Positions 39,968 to 48,788 of a DNA stretch of 64,000 nucleotides are shown here, in pieces; position 1 is the stretch's first letter, and each line of letters starts with the position of its first letter. Where the stretch lies: assembly GCA_963798485.1 (NCBI GenBank), contig CAWCTR010000014.1:160001-224000 (forward strand), read 5' to 3'. A program made the translations under genes and the position numbers. This stretch comes from an uncultured delta proteobacterium (GTDB lineage Bacteria; Desulfobacterota; Desulfomonilia; UBA1062). The notes beneath the pieces were generated by a model. That model was not told the DNA's origin and did no database searches. It saw only the letters and a list, made by a program, of their open reading frames with translations.

Positions 39968-40110
39968 CACGGATAGGTCTTCTGGCTTACGGATCATTAT
40001 GGCGGCCTTGCCTTCCCGCATTTGCAGTGGCATTTTAGCGGCCTGCCCTCCCCGTTCACAGCGGCGGCCCCACCCCGGAATTTCACCGGGTTCCCTTGAA
40101 TCCGCAGCAG
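39968..40110 (-). promoter_or_regulatory. cobalamin riboswitch
   Basis: AAGGGAA-CCGGTGAAATTCCGG, GCCGCTGTGA, GCCACTG..GGGAAGGC, B12 box AGCCAGAAGACCT. Confidence 0.93.
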
Positions 40111-40159
40111 GGTTTGCAATAAATATCAGGTGGTATATGAACTGTCAATATGGCGTTTA

Positions 40160-40220
40160 AAATTGTAGGAGCGCCTTTAGGCGCGATGGATCATCGCGCC
40201 TAAAGGCGCTCCTACAATTT
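40160..40220. repeat. perfect palindromic REP doublet (GTAG-type)
   Basis: AAATTGTAGGAGCGCCTTTAGGCGCGATG-GAT-CATCGCGCCTAAAGGCGCTCCTACAATTT. Confidence 0.85.
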
Positions 40221-40260
40221 CTCTCTTGCCTTTTTGGGAATATTCTGTCATATATAGAGT

Positions 40261-40332
40261 ATGATTACCGTATCAGCACACATCTTTTTCGGCTATTATT
40301 TTTGGTTTAGGACGTGGCCGCCTGTGGGCTGA
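40261..40332 (+). CDS. aromatic-amino-acid leader peptide MITVSAHIFFGYYFWFRTWPPVG
   Basis: 8 Phe/Tyr/Trp codons within codons 9-19; followed by terminator, then DAHP synthase. Confidence 0.8.
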   Translation: MITVSAHIFFGYYFWFRTWPPVG

Positions 40333-40351
40333 GCTGTTCGTAAACGAACGC

Positions 40352-40390
40352 AAAGGCTGTGGGTGGTCACCTTCCCACGGCCTTTTCATT
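40352..40390 (+). terminator. attenuator terminator
   Basis: AAAGGCTGTGGG/CCCACGGCCTTT stem followed by T-rich tail. Confidence 0.78.
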
Positions 40391-40443
40391 TGTGGCCTTA
40401 AGGAAGTGAACACACACGGCACATAAAAGTAAAGGAGGCTAGT

Positions 40444-41463
40444 GTGATCATTTCTATGAAAAAAATTGCCACTCAAGAACAGATCGACCATGTCAAGACC
40501 CTTATCGAGTCCTTCGGATACCGGGTTCACGAGAGCATAGGGTCGGAAAGGGTTGTCTTTGGGGCTATCGGCGACGAGAGAGGGAAGGAGAGACTCACAT
40601 GCCTTGAGGCCCAGCCTGGGGTTGAAAAGGTTATCCGCATACTCACCCCGTACAAGCTCGCTTCCCGCGAAACCAAACCGGAGTCAACCATTGTCGACAT
40701 CGGGATGGGCGTAAAGGTGGGCAACCGCCGCATTACCATCTTTGCAGGACCATGCGCTGTAGAATCAAGGGAACAGATTATGGAAGTGGCGAAGACCATC
40801 AAGGAAAGCGGCGGTCATATATTAAGGGGCGGTGCCTTCAAGCCGCGGACGTCGCCCTACGCCTTCCAGGGTTTGAAGAATGACGGCCTTTTACTCTTGT
40901 CACAGGCAAGGCAAGAATACGGGATCCCGGTTGTGACCGAGGTCATGGACATTGCAAGCATCGAGGTTATCCTGGAGAACGCCGACTGCCTTCAGATCGG
41001 CGCCAGAAACATCCAGAATTTCCAACTCCTCAAGGAAGTGGGCAAGATAAACAAGCCGGTATTGCTCAAACGGGGCATGTCCACAACCATAGAAGAGTTC
41101 CTCATGTCAGCCGAATACGTGCTGGCCGGCGGCAACAGCCAGGTTATCCTCTGCGAGCGCGGAATCCGTACCTTTGAGACAGCAACACGCAATACACTTG
41201 ATCTCTCCGCCGTGCCTGTACTGAAGGAAAAGACCCATTTGCCTGTCATCGTAGACCCATCACACGGTACAGGACATGCCCGCTACGTGGAGGCCATGTC
41301 GTATGCCGCTATCGCCGCAGGTGCTGACGGGCTCATGATCGAGGTCCATCCGAAACCCGAAGAGGCCCTGTCCGACGGTCCCCAGTCCTTACGGCCCCAA
41401 GAGTTCAAGAAGGTCATGGATGGCATCAAGCGCATTGCACAGGCTGTGGGCAGGGATGTATGA
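40444..41463 (+). CDS. aroF: DAHP synthase type I-beta with N-terminal regulatory domain
   Basis: [39 protein letters not shown]. Confidence 0.96.
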   Translation: MIISMKKIATQEQIDHVKTLIESFGYRVHESIGSERVVFGAIGDERGKERLTCLEAQPGVEKVIRILTPYKLASRETKPESTIVDIGMGVKVGNRRITIFAGPCAVESREQIMEVAKTIKESGGHILRGGAFKPRTSPYAFQGLKNDGLLLLSQARQEYGIPVVTEVMDIASIEVILENADCLQIGARNIQNFQLLKEVGKINKPVLLKRGMSTTIEEFLMSAEYVLAGGNSQVILCERGIRTFETATRNTLDLSAVPVLKEKTHLPVIVDPSHGTGHARYVEAMSYAAIAAGADGLMIEVHPKPEEALSDGPQSLRPQEFKKVMDGIKRIAQAVGRDV

Positions 41464-41507
41464 CAGGCTTGCTATTTGCCGGGTGAATAACTACTATAGT
41501 AATTACT

Positions 41508-42035
41508 ATGGCATATTTCATGCCCCAACATAGAAACACCCTGAGGTATGGATCGATCCTTGCGGAAGGTATTGTCCACAAGGAATTGGATTGGAATGTT
41601 GCAGGGGTGTACGACATCCAAACCCTGGCAGAGTCCCTGGCGCAAAAGGCGAAAGGCGGTGTCTTTGCCCAGCTCATGATGGTAAAGCCTGAGAAAGTTA
41701 CGGTCCCGCACCATTACCGGGTGTGCCTGCACGACTCTGAAATCTTAAGTTTTGTGGAGAAAAACCCTCACATCGACATGCTCTCGTTCATCACCTTCAT
41801 CATGACCCACGAGCTTGTGCATATACACCGTTTCGCCACGGGCAAGGCCGACTTCTATGGATCCCCTGATGAAGAGGAGGTGGTGGTGGATGCCTTGACC
41901 CGCCTCTTTCTTGCCAAGAACCCGGTGACCGGTCTGAAGAAGGTGCTCGCCGTCCTTGACAACATGGAGGCGGCGCCACTATATAACGAGCACATTGTAA
42001 ACAATCAAGGGAGGTTTATCCGTGCCTATCTATGA
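41508..42035 (+). CDS. hypothetical protein with HExxH motif
   Basis: THELVH.R..., EE..VD. Confidence 0.7.
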   Translation: MAYFMPQHRNTLRYGSILAEGIVHKELDWNVAGVYDIQTLAESLAQKAKGGVFAQLMMVKPEKVTVPHHYRVCLHDSEILSFVEKNPHIDMLSFITFIMTHELVHIHRFATGKADFYGSPDEEEVVVDALTRLFLAKNPVTGLKKVLAVLDNMEAAPLYNEHIVNNQGRFIRAYL

Positions 42036-42297
42036 ATATAAGTGCTTGAAGTGCCGGGATGAATTCGAGGCCATGCAGAAGTTCAGCGATTCTCCTCTGA
42101 AAAAGTGCCCATCGTGTGGTGGGTTAGTCAAGAGGCTTATCTCCCGGTCTTCATTCCAGCTCAAGGGATCGGGCTGGTACCTTACGGACTATGCTAAAAA
42201 GGGTTCACCCCGAGATTCAAAGGAAAGTAAAAGCACTACTGAGTCATCTTCAGGAGAAACCCCGTCTCCTTCTCCGACAACGAAGAGTGAAGACTAG
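42022..42297 (+). CDS. FmdB-family zinc-ribbon protein
   Basis: MPIYEYKC..C..CPSCG..F.LKGSGWY.TDY. Confidence 0.9.
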   Translation: MPIYEYKCLKCRDEFEAMQKFSDSPLKKCPSCGGLVKRLISRSSFQLKGSGWYLTDYAKKGSPRDSKESKSTTESSSGETPSPSPTTKSED

Positions 42298-42306
42298 GTT
42301 CTATCC

Positions 42307-42783
42307 TTGGCCCTGACACATCTGGATAAAAAAGGCCGTGTCACCATGGTGGACGTGGGTGGAAAAACTATCACAAGGCGCGTAGCCAAGGCCACCGGGG
42401 CTATCCGGATGAGCGCCATGGCCTTTACCGCCATCACAACTGATTCTGTTAAGAAGGGTAATGTCCTTGCCACTGCCAAGATCGCCGGTATTATGGCGGC
42501 AAAAAATACCTGTAACATTATACCACTTTGTCACCCTCTTCCCATTGATCATATAGAGATCGCATTTCACCTTGATAAGAAGACATCAACCATTAAGGCT
42601 GAGGCTACGGTGAAGGTCTCGGGCAAGACCGGTGTCGAGATGGAGGCCCTGCATGCCGTCGGCGTGGCCCTGCTCACTATTTATGATATGGTTAAAGCTA
42701 TTGATAAAACCATGGTCCTCGGCGAAATAAGGCTTGAAGAGAAGTCTGGCGGCAGGAGCGGTAAGTATAAAAGAGTGTTATGA
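42307..42783 (+). CDS. moaC: cyclic pyranopterin monophosphate synthase
   Basis: LTH.D..MVDV, KG.VL, IPLCHP, TGVEMEAL, YDM.K, KSGG. Confidence 0.96.
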   Translation: MALTHLDKKGRVTMVDVGGKTITRRVAKATGAIRMSAMAFTAITTDSVKKGNVLATAKIAGIMAAKNTCNIIPLCHPLPIDHIEIAFHLDKKTSTIKAEATVKVSGKTGVEMEALHAVGVALLTIYDMVKAIDKTMVLGEIRLEEKSGGRSGKYKRVL

Positions 42784-42791
42784 AAGCATAG

Positions 42792-42823
42792 AGGGGCGGG
42801 CTTTCAAAAAACCCGCCCCTACA
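42792..42823. terminator. GC-rich hairpin between convergent genes (REP-like)
   Basis: AGGGGCGGG/CCCGCCCCT-AC. Confidence 0.6.
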
Positions 42824-42871
42824 TATCTCATCAATAAATCATTCAATTCTGGCCACTGGTCACTGAAGCAG

Positions 42872-43537
42872 TTACTGAGTCAGCGGGGCAAGCTGGATTT
42901 CTACGCGGCGGTTCTGGGAACGGCCTTCGGGTGTATCATTGCTCGCAATAGGACGTGACTTACCGAAACCCTGGGTCACGACTCGTCGTGCGTCGATCCC
43001 CTGGGATGTCAGGTAATTCCCCACACTGGCTGCCCTGCGCTCTGACAGCGGCTGATTGATGGCATCGCTGCCCGTGCTGTCGGTATGGCCTGCGATATCG
43101 ATGAGGGTCTTGTTATACTCTTTCACTACGAGCACCACCGAGTTGAGGACATTGTAGAAATTCGCATTAATGTCAGCGCTGTTGGTCTGGAAGGTTATGT
43201 TGCCGGGCATGTTCAGGATGATATTGTCACCCTGCCTGGTAACACTCACCCCTGATCCCTGGAGTTTCTGCCTGAGTGCGGCCTCCTGCTTATCCATGTA
43301 GTATCCTACCGTACCGCCCGCAAGGGCGCCGACGCCTGCACCGATGAGCATCCCCTTGCGGCGGTCCTTATGACCGGTTACCGCGGCGCCTAGTGCTGCA
43401 CCGCTCACAGCTCCTATCGCGCTCCCCCAAGCGGTCTTGCTGACTTTCTGTTCGCCGGTGTATGGATCAGTGGCACAACCCTCAGTTAAAAAGGCCATGG
43501 CCAGGATGATGACGATTCCCAAACTAAGATTGCGCAT
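42872..43537 (-). CDS. OmpA-family lipoprotein (YiaD-like)
   Basis: Lipobox EGC, glycine zipper, GHTDSTG, N..LS.RRA, NRRVEI. Confidence 0.92.
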   Translation of the reverse strand: MRNLSLGIVIILAMAFLTEGCATDPYTGEQKVSKTAWGSAIGAVSGAALGAAVTGHKDRRKGMLIGAGVGALAGGTVGYYMDKQEAALRQKLQGSGVSVTRQGDNIILNMPGNITFQTNSADINANFYNVLNSVVLVVKEYNKTLIDIAGHTDSTGSDAINQPLSERRAASVGNYLTSQGIDARRVVTQGFGKSRPIASNDTPEGRSQNRRVEIQLAPLTQ

Positions 43538-43644
43538 TGTCTTGCCTCCTTTTGTCTTAAAAGTTATCGGGTAATGATACTATCCAATTGTTCAGTATTC
43601 TACCAAATTCCTTTTGTACATATCATAACTCGCTTAAAAAATCC

Positions 43645-45402
43645 TTAACCGGTAGGTCGTATCGGAGGCGTTATGAGAAGCCTAAAATAATCGACATGAT
43701 ATCCCTTATGTGGTGACTTCAAGATCCTAACCTCGCCAGGAGGAATAAGGCCCATTATTTTTTTTAAATCCGAGGTCTCCACTATTACTGCAGAAGGTAA
43801 GCTTGGGGAACTTAAAAAACGGGCAACCTCATAAGGAGAATCGAGGATCTTGAATTTTCTATTTAGATAGAAAGTGAATATTCCTGTGTACCTTTCCTGA
43901 TCAAAGGCAAGGGCCAATTGCCTATTATCTTGAGTCTCAGTTTTTACCATGTCTGCGAAGGGCTTTAGTGTCCGTTGGTAGTCATAGATCGGCATAAGTA
44001 TGAAGATTATCATTATGAGAACCGCCGCGCAAACAGCAGGGAACCAGGAAATGCCCTGGACGGCCTTTGATTGCCTGAAAAGCCTCCGGAACGTAAAAGC
44101 CGCAAGCATTAAAAGCACTGCACAGAGAAGCAATGATATCCGAGCAAAAACTAGACCAGAAACAGTTATAACGTTAACACCACCAAAGAAACGATTGAAA
44201 AATGTCTGCGGCAGAAAATACATGATTATATAGATCACAGGAATTAAAAAGAGGATCATTGTTATAAATCCTGCGGTTAGGCCAATCACCCATCGTTCTA
44301 TTTTCGAAAAAGTTCTTTCAGCAGCATGCTGAAGCCATACCCCTGCCATGATAAACATGATCGGAAACATGGGTATGGCATAACGTGTGCTTTTAGCAGA
44401 TGAGGCGTGCAGGACAATGGCCATGCACACAACAGCTAAACGCAAGAATACACTTAAGGGATCGCTTAAGCCCCTGCCTTTTCTAAACCAGTGGATGAGT
44501 CCTGCCACAACAATGAGTGTGTAGGGAAGTATATTTTTAGGGATGGCTATAAGATAGTAATAGATAGGTTCTTTATGGACAAAATAAGGGTCCTTTTGAA
44601 GGGTTGGGTCACTCATTGTGAGAAATCGGCCGAACTGGTTTGCCCAGAATGCTGAATCAAGATATTCCTTTCCCCCTTTTTCATAGAGCGCCCATGCCCA
44701 AGGAGCCACGACAAGCATAAAAACAGGGATGAATATGGCCGGCAAAATAAGTGCGAGTTTCCACTCTCTGCGGTAGATGAGGAAGCACATTACGGTAACC
44801 CATATAAAGCCGGGCCCTAATAGACCTTTTGCATAAAAGGAAAAGGCTGAAACAAAGATGAAGGCCAGCCATAAGATACATCTCCTCGACAAGTAAGCAG
44901 ACCAGAAAACCCAGAGCGAGAGCATTACCATGAATGCAATACAGACATCGGTAAGTACAACCCGTGAATATTCCATGTACATGATGGATGTCGCACACAT
45001 GAATGCCCCTACCATTCCGGCTCGTTCATAACCTAAACGCCTGGCAAACAGATATGCCAGGAATATCGCCCCGAACCCATAAATGGCTGCTGGTAGACGC
45101 ACAAGACCTTCATTAACCCTGCCGGCGATAGTGCAGAAAAGCATTCCTGTCCAATGCAGCAGAGGGGGTTTTTCCAGATAAGGCGAGCCATTGAGTGTAG
45201 GCATTACCCAGTTCCCTGACCGGTACATTTCAGCAATCATTGCGCCTTCACGTGAATCGTTCGGCGCCCAAAGAGAATGATCAAAAACACCGCTGGTACA
45301 GAAAAGCACCAGTAATGAAATGAATACTATTCTCTCCCATTGCATAAGTTCTCGGGAATTATTAATGCAGCCGGTATTGGGGGATAATTTATTTATCTTC
45401 AC
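43645..45402 (-). CDS. ArnT/GT83-like membrane glycosyltransferase
   Basis: EM..SG.W..P.LNG..YLEKPPL.HW, RLP.A, AKG; many TM segments. Confidence 0.85.
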   Translation of the reverse strand: MKINKLSPNTGCINNSRELMQWERIVFISLLVLFCTSGVFDHSLWAPNDSREGAMIAEMYRSGNWVMPTLNGSPYLEKPPLLHWTGMLFCTIAGRVNEGLVRLPAAIYGFGAIFLAYLFARRLGYERAGMVGAFMCATSIMYMEYSRVVLTDVCIAFMVMLSLWVFWSAYLSRRCILWLAFIFVSAFSFYAKGLLGPGFIWVTVMCFLIYRREWKLALILPAIFIPVFMLVVAPWAWALYEKGGKEYLDSAFWANQFGRFLTMSDPTLQKDPYFVHKEPIYYYLIAIPKNILPYTLIVVAGLIHWFRKGRGLSDPLSVFLRLAVVCMAIVLHASSAKSTRYAIPMFPIMFIMAGVWLQHAAERTFSKIERWVIGLTAGFITMILFLIPVIYIIMYFLPQTFFNRFFGGVNVITVSGLVFARISLLLCAVLLMLAAFTFRRLFRQSKAVQGISWFPAVCAAVLIMIIFILMPIYDYQRTLKPFADMVKTETQDNRQLALAFDQERYTGIFTFYLNRKFKILDSPYEVARFLSSPSLPSAVIVETSDLKKIMGLIPPGEVRILKSPHKGYHVDYFRLLITPPIRPTG

Positions 45403-45483
45403 CTTAGACTCTCATTAATGTAAGATTATCTTTATACATGAGCGGCCTTTTCTTCATGGGTCAATCAGGGTGAGAGTGAATTA

Positions 45484-46167
45484 TTATTCAAATTGACTAC
45501 TAAGACCTGCTGTAGGGAGACTTCGAGACACAGCATTATCCGCTTGAGATTTGAGTTTTTTCCAACGCGGCATATAATCAAGGAGAAACCATCCTTTTTC
45601 AATATCTCGATCAAAGCTCTCCATGCCCCCCAGGAGATTGGCCTCGCGTCGTGCACGTTCGTTGTCCCACCGCTGATATTCCATGCGATAAATGGCACTC
45701 ATCACCCCGGTCCTGCCGATCCCGTGTTTGCAATGAATGAGGACCGGATACGTGCCGGGATCGTCCATAAGCGCTAGATAGGCTGAAACTATCCTCTGTT
45801 CCGGGACCTGATTCATGGGTAGAGATACATGCCGGATACCGTTCCTCGTCAGGGCATCCCTTTCAAGGGGAACCCCTTCTTCTTGTTCCTTTCTCAGATC
45901 CACGACTGTTTTTATGCTATATTCCCTGCACTTACCTATCAATTCCTCCGGCGGCATAGCTGCTGATCGAAACACCCGCCCCGAATCAATCTCGGTGAAG
46001 CGGTGATCGAAAGACCTCCATTTGATATAGATCACACCCGGTGTCACGATGGCTGCCACAACAATGATGATTAATATTGAGGTGAAAACCCGCCTGGGGC
46101 GCGACATTTTCCTGTTTTGTGTAGTTTTATCTGAGCAGTCCGGATGAGCCTTCTGTTCATTATCCAT
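45484..46167 (-). CDS. membrane-anchored Cys-based (tyrosine/dual-specificity) phosphatase
   Basis: HCKHGIGRTG P-loop. Confidence 0.85.
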   Translation of the reverse strand: MDNEQKAHPDCSDKTTQNRKMSRPRRVFTSILIIIVVAAIVTPGVIYIKWRSFDHRFTEIDSGRVFRSAAMPPEELIGKCREYSIKTVVDLRKEQEEGVPLERDALTRNGIRHVSLPMNQVPEQRIVSAYLALMDDPGTYPVLIHCKHGIGRTGVMSAIYRMEYQRWDNERARREANLLGGMESFDRDIEKGWFLLDYMPRWKKLKSQADNAVSRSLPTAGLSSQFE

Positions 46168-46263
46168 GAATATTTCAGTCCTTTTTGCCTGGGTTCACCC
46201 TTTCAAAGGGAATTATCTATCATACCTGAGACAATCGTACAACACATATACCCCTTCTAAAAT

Positions 46264-48189
46264 TCAATGAATGATAAGCGGGGAGCTGTTCGGAGCCGAT
46301 ATGGTCCTGGTGAGGTCATGTAAATAAGAAGCCTTCTTTCTGCTTGAAAACGAGTTCTCCGATTCTTTCAGCAGGGCAATCTCCCGGTAATTGAACTCAT
46401 TATTCTTCTTCTTGATGTTATACAAATCAAAGCTGTCCAAGGTTATACCTTCAGAATAAACCGTATCATCAATTATGTAAGCCTTGTTTTTGTAGCTCAT
46501 CTCGATGAGGCTTCGGTGGCCCGGCAGGTTCAGGAGATCTTTCCCTGAGCTGTAGTCACAGATGCTGTTGACACAGCCGAAGGCATACCGCAGTAGCGTG
46601 GGCACCACATCAATATGTGAAGACCTCATTCTCACGACCTTCCCCTTTGTATCATCGGGGAGATACATAATGAGGGGAACCGAGGTCTGATATCGCGTGA
46701 AATTGCTTCCATGTCCCCAATATCCATCTCCCTTGTCGTTAAACTCTTCACCGTGATCGGATGAAATTATGATGATGGTCTTTGAATCAAGCCTGGCACC
46801 TTTCAGCGCCGTGAGCACTTCGCCAAAAAGAGAATCCATATTGTGCAATGAGTTTTTATATTTATTCATGAGTGGGGTAGGATCTCCATATTTGTTGAAA
46901 ATGAAAGAACCTGCTTTGGCTATGGGCTGGAATATCGCATGCTTGTCTGTATAGTCGTAGGGGTAATGTGATGATGTGACGAAGACAAATTTGAAGAAAG
47001 GCGAATCGGGTTTCTGTGCTTTGAGCGAATTGATGAGATCGGATATAAGATTGATATCATCCTGTATACTATTGTGATCCTCCCTAACAATATACTTACG
47101 TGCTGGGATGCCATGAAAAAACATTTCCTTCAAGGAAAATCCATCGAAATTTGAAGATGTATACACGCTGATATCATAGCCATTGTCCTTGAGAACATCC
47201 ATGAACACAGGGGGATATTTCACGGGGTCGGATGTGACATATTTCATGTATGTGGGATGCAGGCCGTACATAAGGCTGAACAGTCCGTATGGGGTACAAT
47301 TCCCCCCGCTTAAATGATTGGTGAAAAGATAGCTTTTTTTTGCAAAACCAGCCATGACAGGGGTGATCTTCTCGTTCATGCAATCGGATCGCCAGCTTTC
47401 CAGGAGGAAGAATAAGATATTGTACTTCTTCCCGGAGGGGACCCTGCATTCAATCTTCTTCAAGGGATACTTCAGACTGCCGGTATTGTCTGTATTCAAG
47501 TCCAGGTTGGGAACACTTCTCCCAGACCTTTCGGGGACGATGGCCGGGAAGTCTTTCGCCATTTTCTTCATGAAATCACTTGCCTTGGAGTCCATGAAGA
47601 AGGGAAAATACGGGTTATACCGTGTAATATAATTCTGATTGTATTCATTGCCCCAGGCAAGCAGCACCCTGCCTATGATGAAAAAGATCAATGCCGCGAA
47701 AGCAATCCTTGCGGTCCATCTCTTGAAACGTTCAGCTTTCCGGAAGATAAGGGCATTCACCAGGAGGATAACCGCAAATGCTGCAATTGCCAGCATGACG
47801 ATATACGTCGGTATTCCTATGCCATGGTAGTCATGGATCAGCATATTCATGAATATCATGTCAACATGGGACTGAAAGATATTGAATACAAAGAGATTGA
47901 TCAGCAGATACACATCGATAATGACCTTTGGCGCAATGACAAAGAACCGGGCATAAGGGACAAAGTACAGCGGGATCAAGAGATACAGGGATATCGTGAT
48001 TATCATATAGTAATAACAAGGGATCGTTGCTGCGTAGATCCAGGCAATGATATTTCCCGGATACCCGGTTCCCATGTAGTAAAACAACAAAAGAACGAGG
48101 GTGAAGGAGAAACTCAAGGTACTGAATCTGAGAATATGGCTTATTGCATTTATGGGAATAACTCTCGTTGTCGCCCAGTTTATTTTCAT
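46264..48189 (-). CDS. YejM/PbgA-like membrane sulfatase-fold protein
   Basis: N-terminal TMs, LKYP, ESWR, H.SGGNCT..G.FSL.YG, SDHGEEF, WGH. Confidence 0.85.
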   Translation of the reverse strand: MKINWATTRVIPINAISHILRFSTLSFSFTLVLLLFYYMGTGYPGNIIAWIYAATIPCYYYMIITISLYLLIPLYFVPYARFFVIAPKVIIDVYLLINLFVFNIFQSHVDMIFMNMLIHDYHGIGIPTYIVMLAIAAFAVILLVNALIFRKAERFKRWTARIAFAALIFFIIGRVLLAWGNEYNQNYITRYNPYFPFFMDSKASDFMKKMAKDFPAIVPERSGRSVPNLDLNTDNTGSLKYPLKKIECRVPSGKKYNILFFLLESWRSDCMNEKITPVMAGFAKKSYLFTNHLSGGNCTPYGLFSLMYGLHPTYMKYVTSDPVKYPPVFMDVLKDNGYDISVYTSSNFDGFSLKEMFFHGIPARKYIVREDHNSIQDDINLISDLINSLKAQKPDSPFFKFVFVTSSHYPYDYTDKHAIFQPIAKAGSFIFNKYGDPTPLMNKYKNSLHNMDSLFGEVLTALKGARLDSKTIIIISSDHGEEFNDKGDGYWGHGSNFTRYQTSVPLIMYLPDDTKGKVVRMRSSHIDVVPTLLRYAFGCVNSICDYSSGKDLLNLPGHRSLIEMSYKNKAYIIDDTVYSEGITLDSFDLYNIKKKNNEFNYREIALLKESENSFSSRKKASYLHDLTRTISAPNSSPLIIH

Positions 48190-48788
48190 GAAGTAGCTCC
48201 GATCTGACAGGCGGTATTTACCGCTTTAATGATCCTTTCGTGTACATGTTCCAGGCCGAGGCTTGTATCAATGATTCGATGACGATCATTGCGGGATATC
48301 CGGAGAAAGGCATCCCTGATCCTTTGATGATAATCCCGCCCCTTGTGCTCGAACCGGTCTGAAGGTTTTATCCGTGAAAGGCCCAGTTCAGGACTCACGT
48401 CCATCATGAAGGTAAGATCAGGCTCGATCCACGTCCCTGTCAGTTCCATGATTGCTTTTACCCTTTCATAGCCGAGTCCGCCTACAATGCCCTGGTAGAC
48501 CAGAGTGGAATCAACGAACCGGTCAATGATGATAATTGTGCCCTCTGCAAGGCCCGGTTTTATGATCCTGGAGATGTTCTGAGCGCGGGATGCGAGGATC
48601 AAGAGGAGCTCTGCCATGACATCCAGGTCCTGTCTCAGAAAAAGATCCCTTACCTCTTCAGAAAAAGAAGAGCCGCCGGGCTCTCTAAACGTAAGCCACG
48701 GCAACCCATTACTGGTCAGGTAAGAGCCGAGAGAGGCGGCATTGGTCGTCTTGCCGGCGCCCTCCCCTCCCTCAAAGCTTATGATCAC
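48186..48788 (-). CDS. tmk: thymidylate kinase
   Basis: FEGGEGAGKTT, REPGG, DRF.DST.VYQG. Confidence 0.95.
   Translation of the reverse strand: MIISFEGGEGAGKTTNAASLGSYLTSNGLPWLTFREPGGSSFSEEVRDLFLRQDLDVMAELLLILASRAQNISRIIKPGLAEGTIIIIDRFVDSTLVYQGIVGGLGYERVKAIMELTGTWIEPDLTFMMDVSPELGLSRIKPSDRFEHKGRDYHQRIRDAFLRISRNDRHRIIDTSLGLEHVHERIIKAVNTACQIGATS

Noticed and set aside
39905-40033. N-terminal extension of the TonB receptor in the ORF track
   Set aside because: Overlaps the cobalamin riboswitch; a better start with RBS and signal peptide is at 39904
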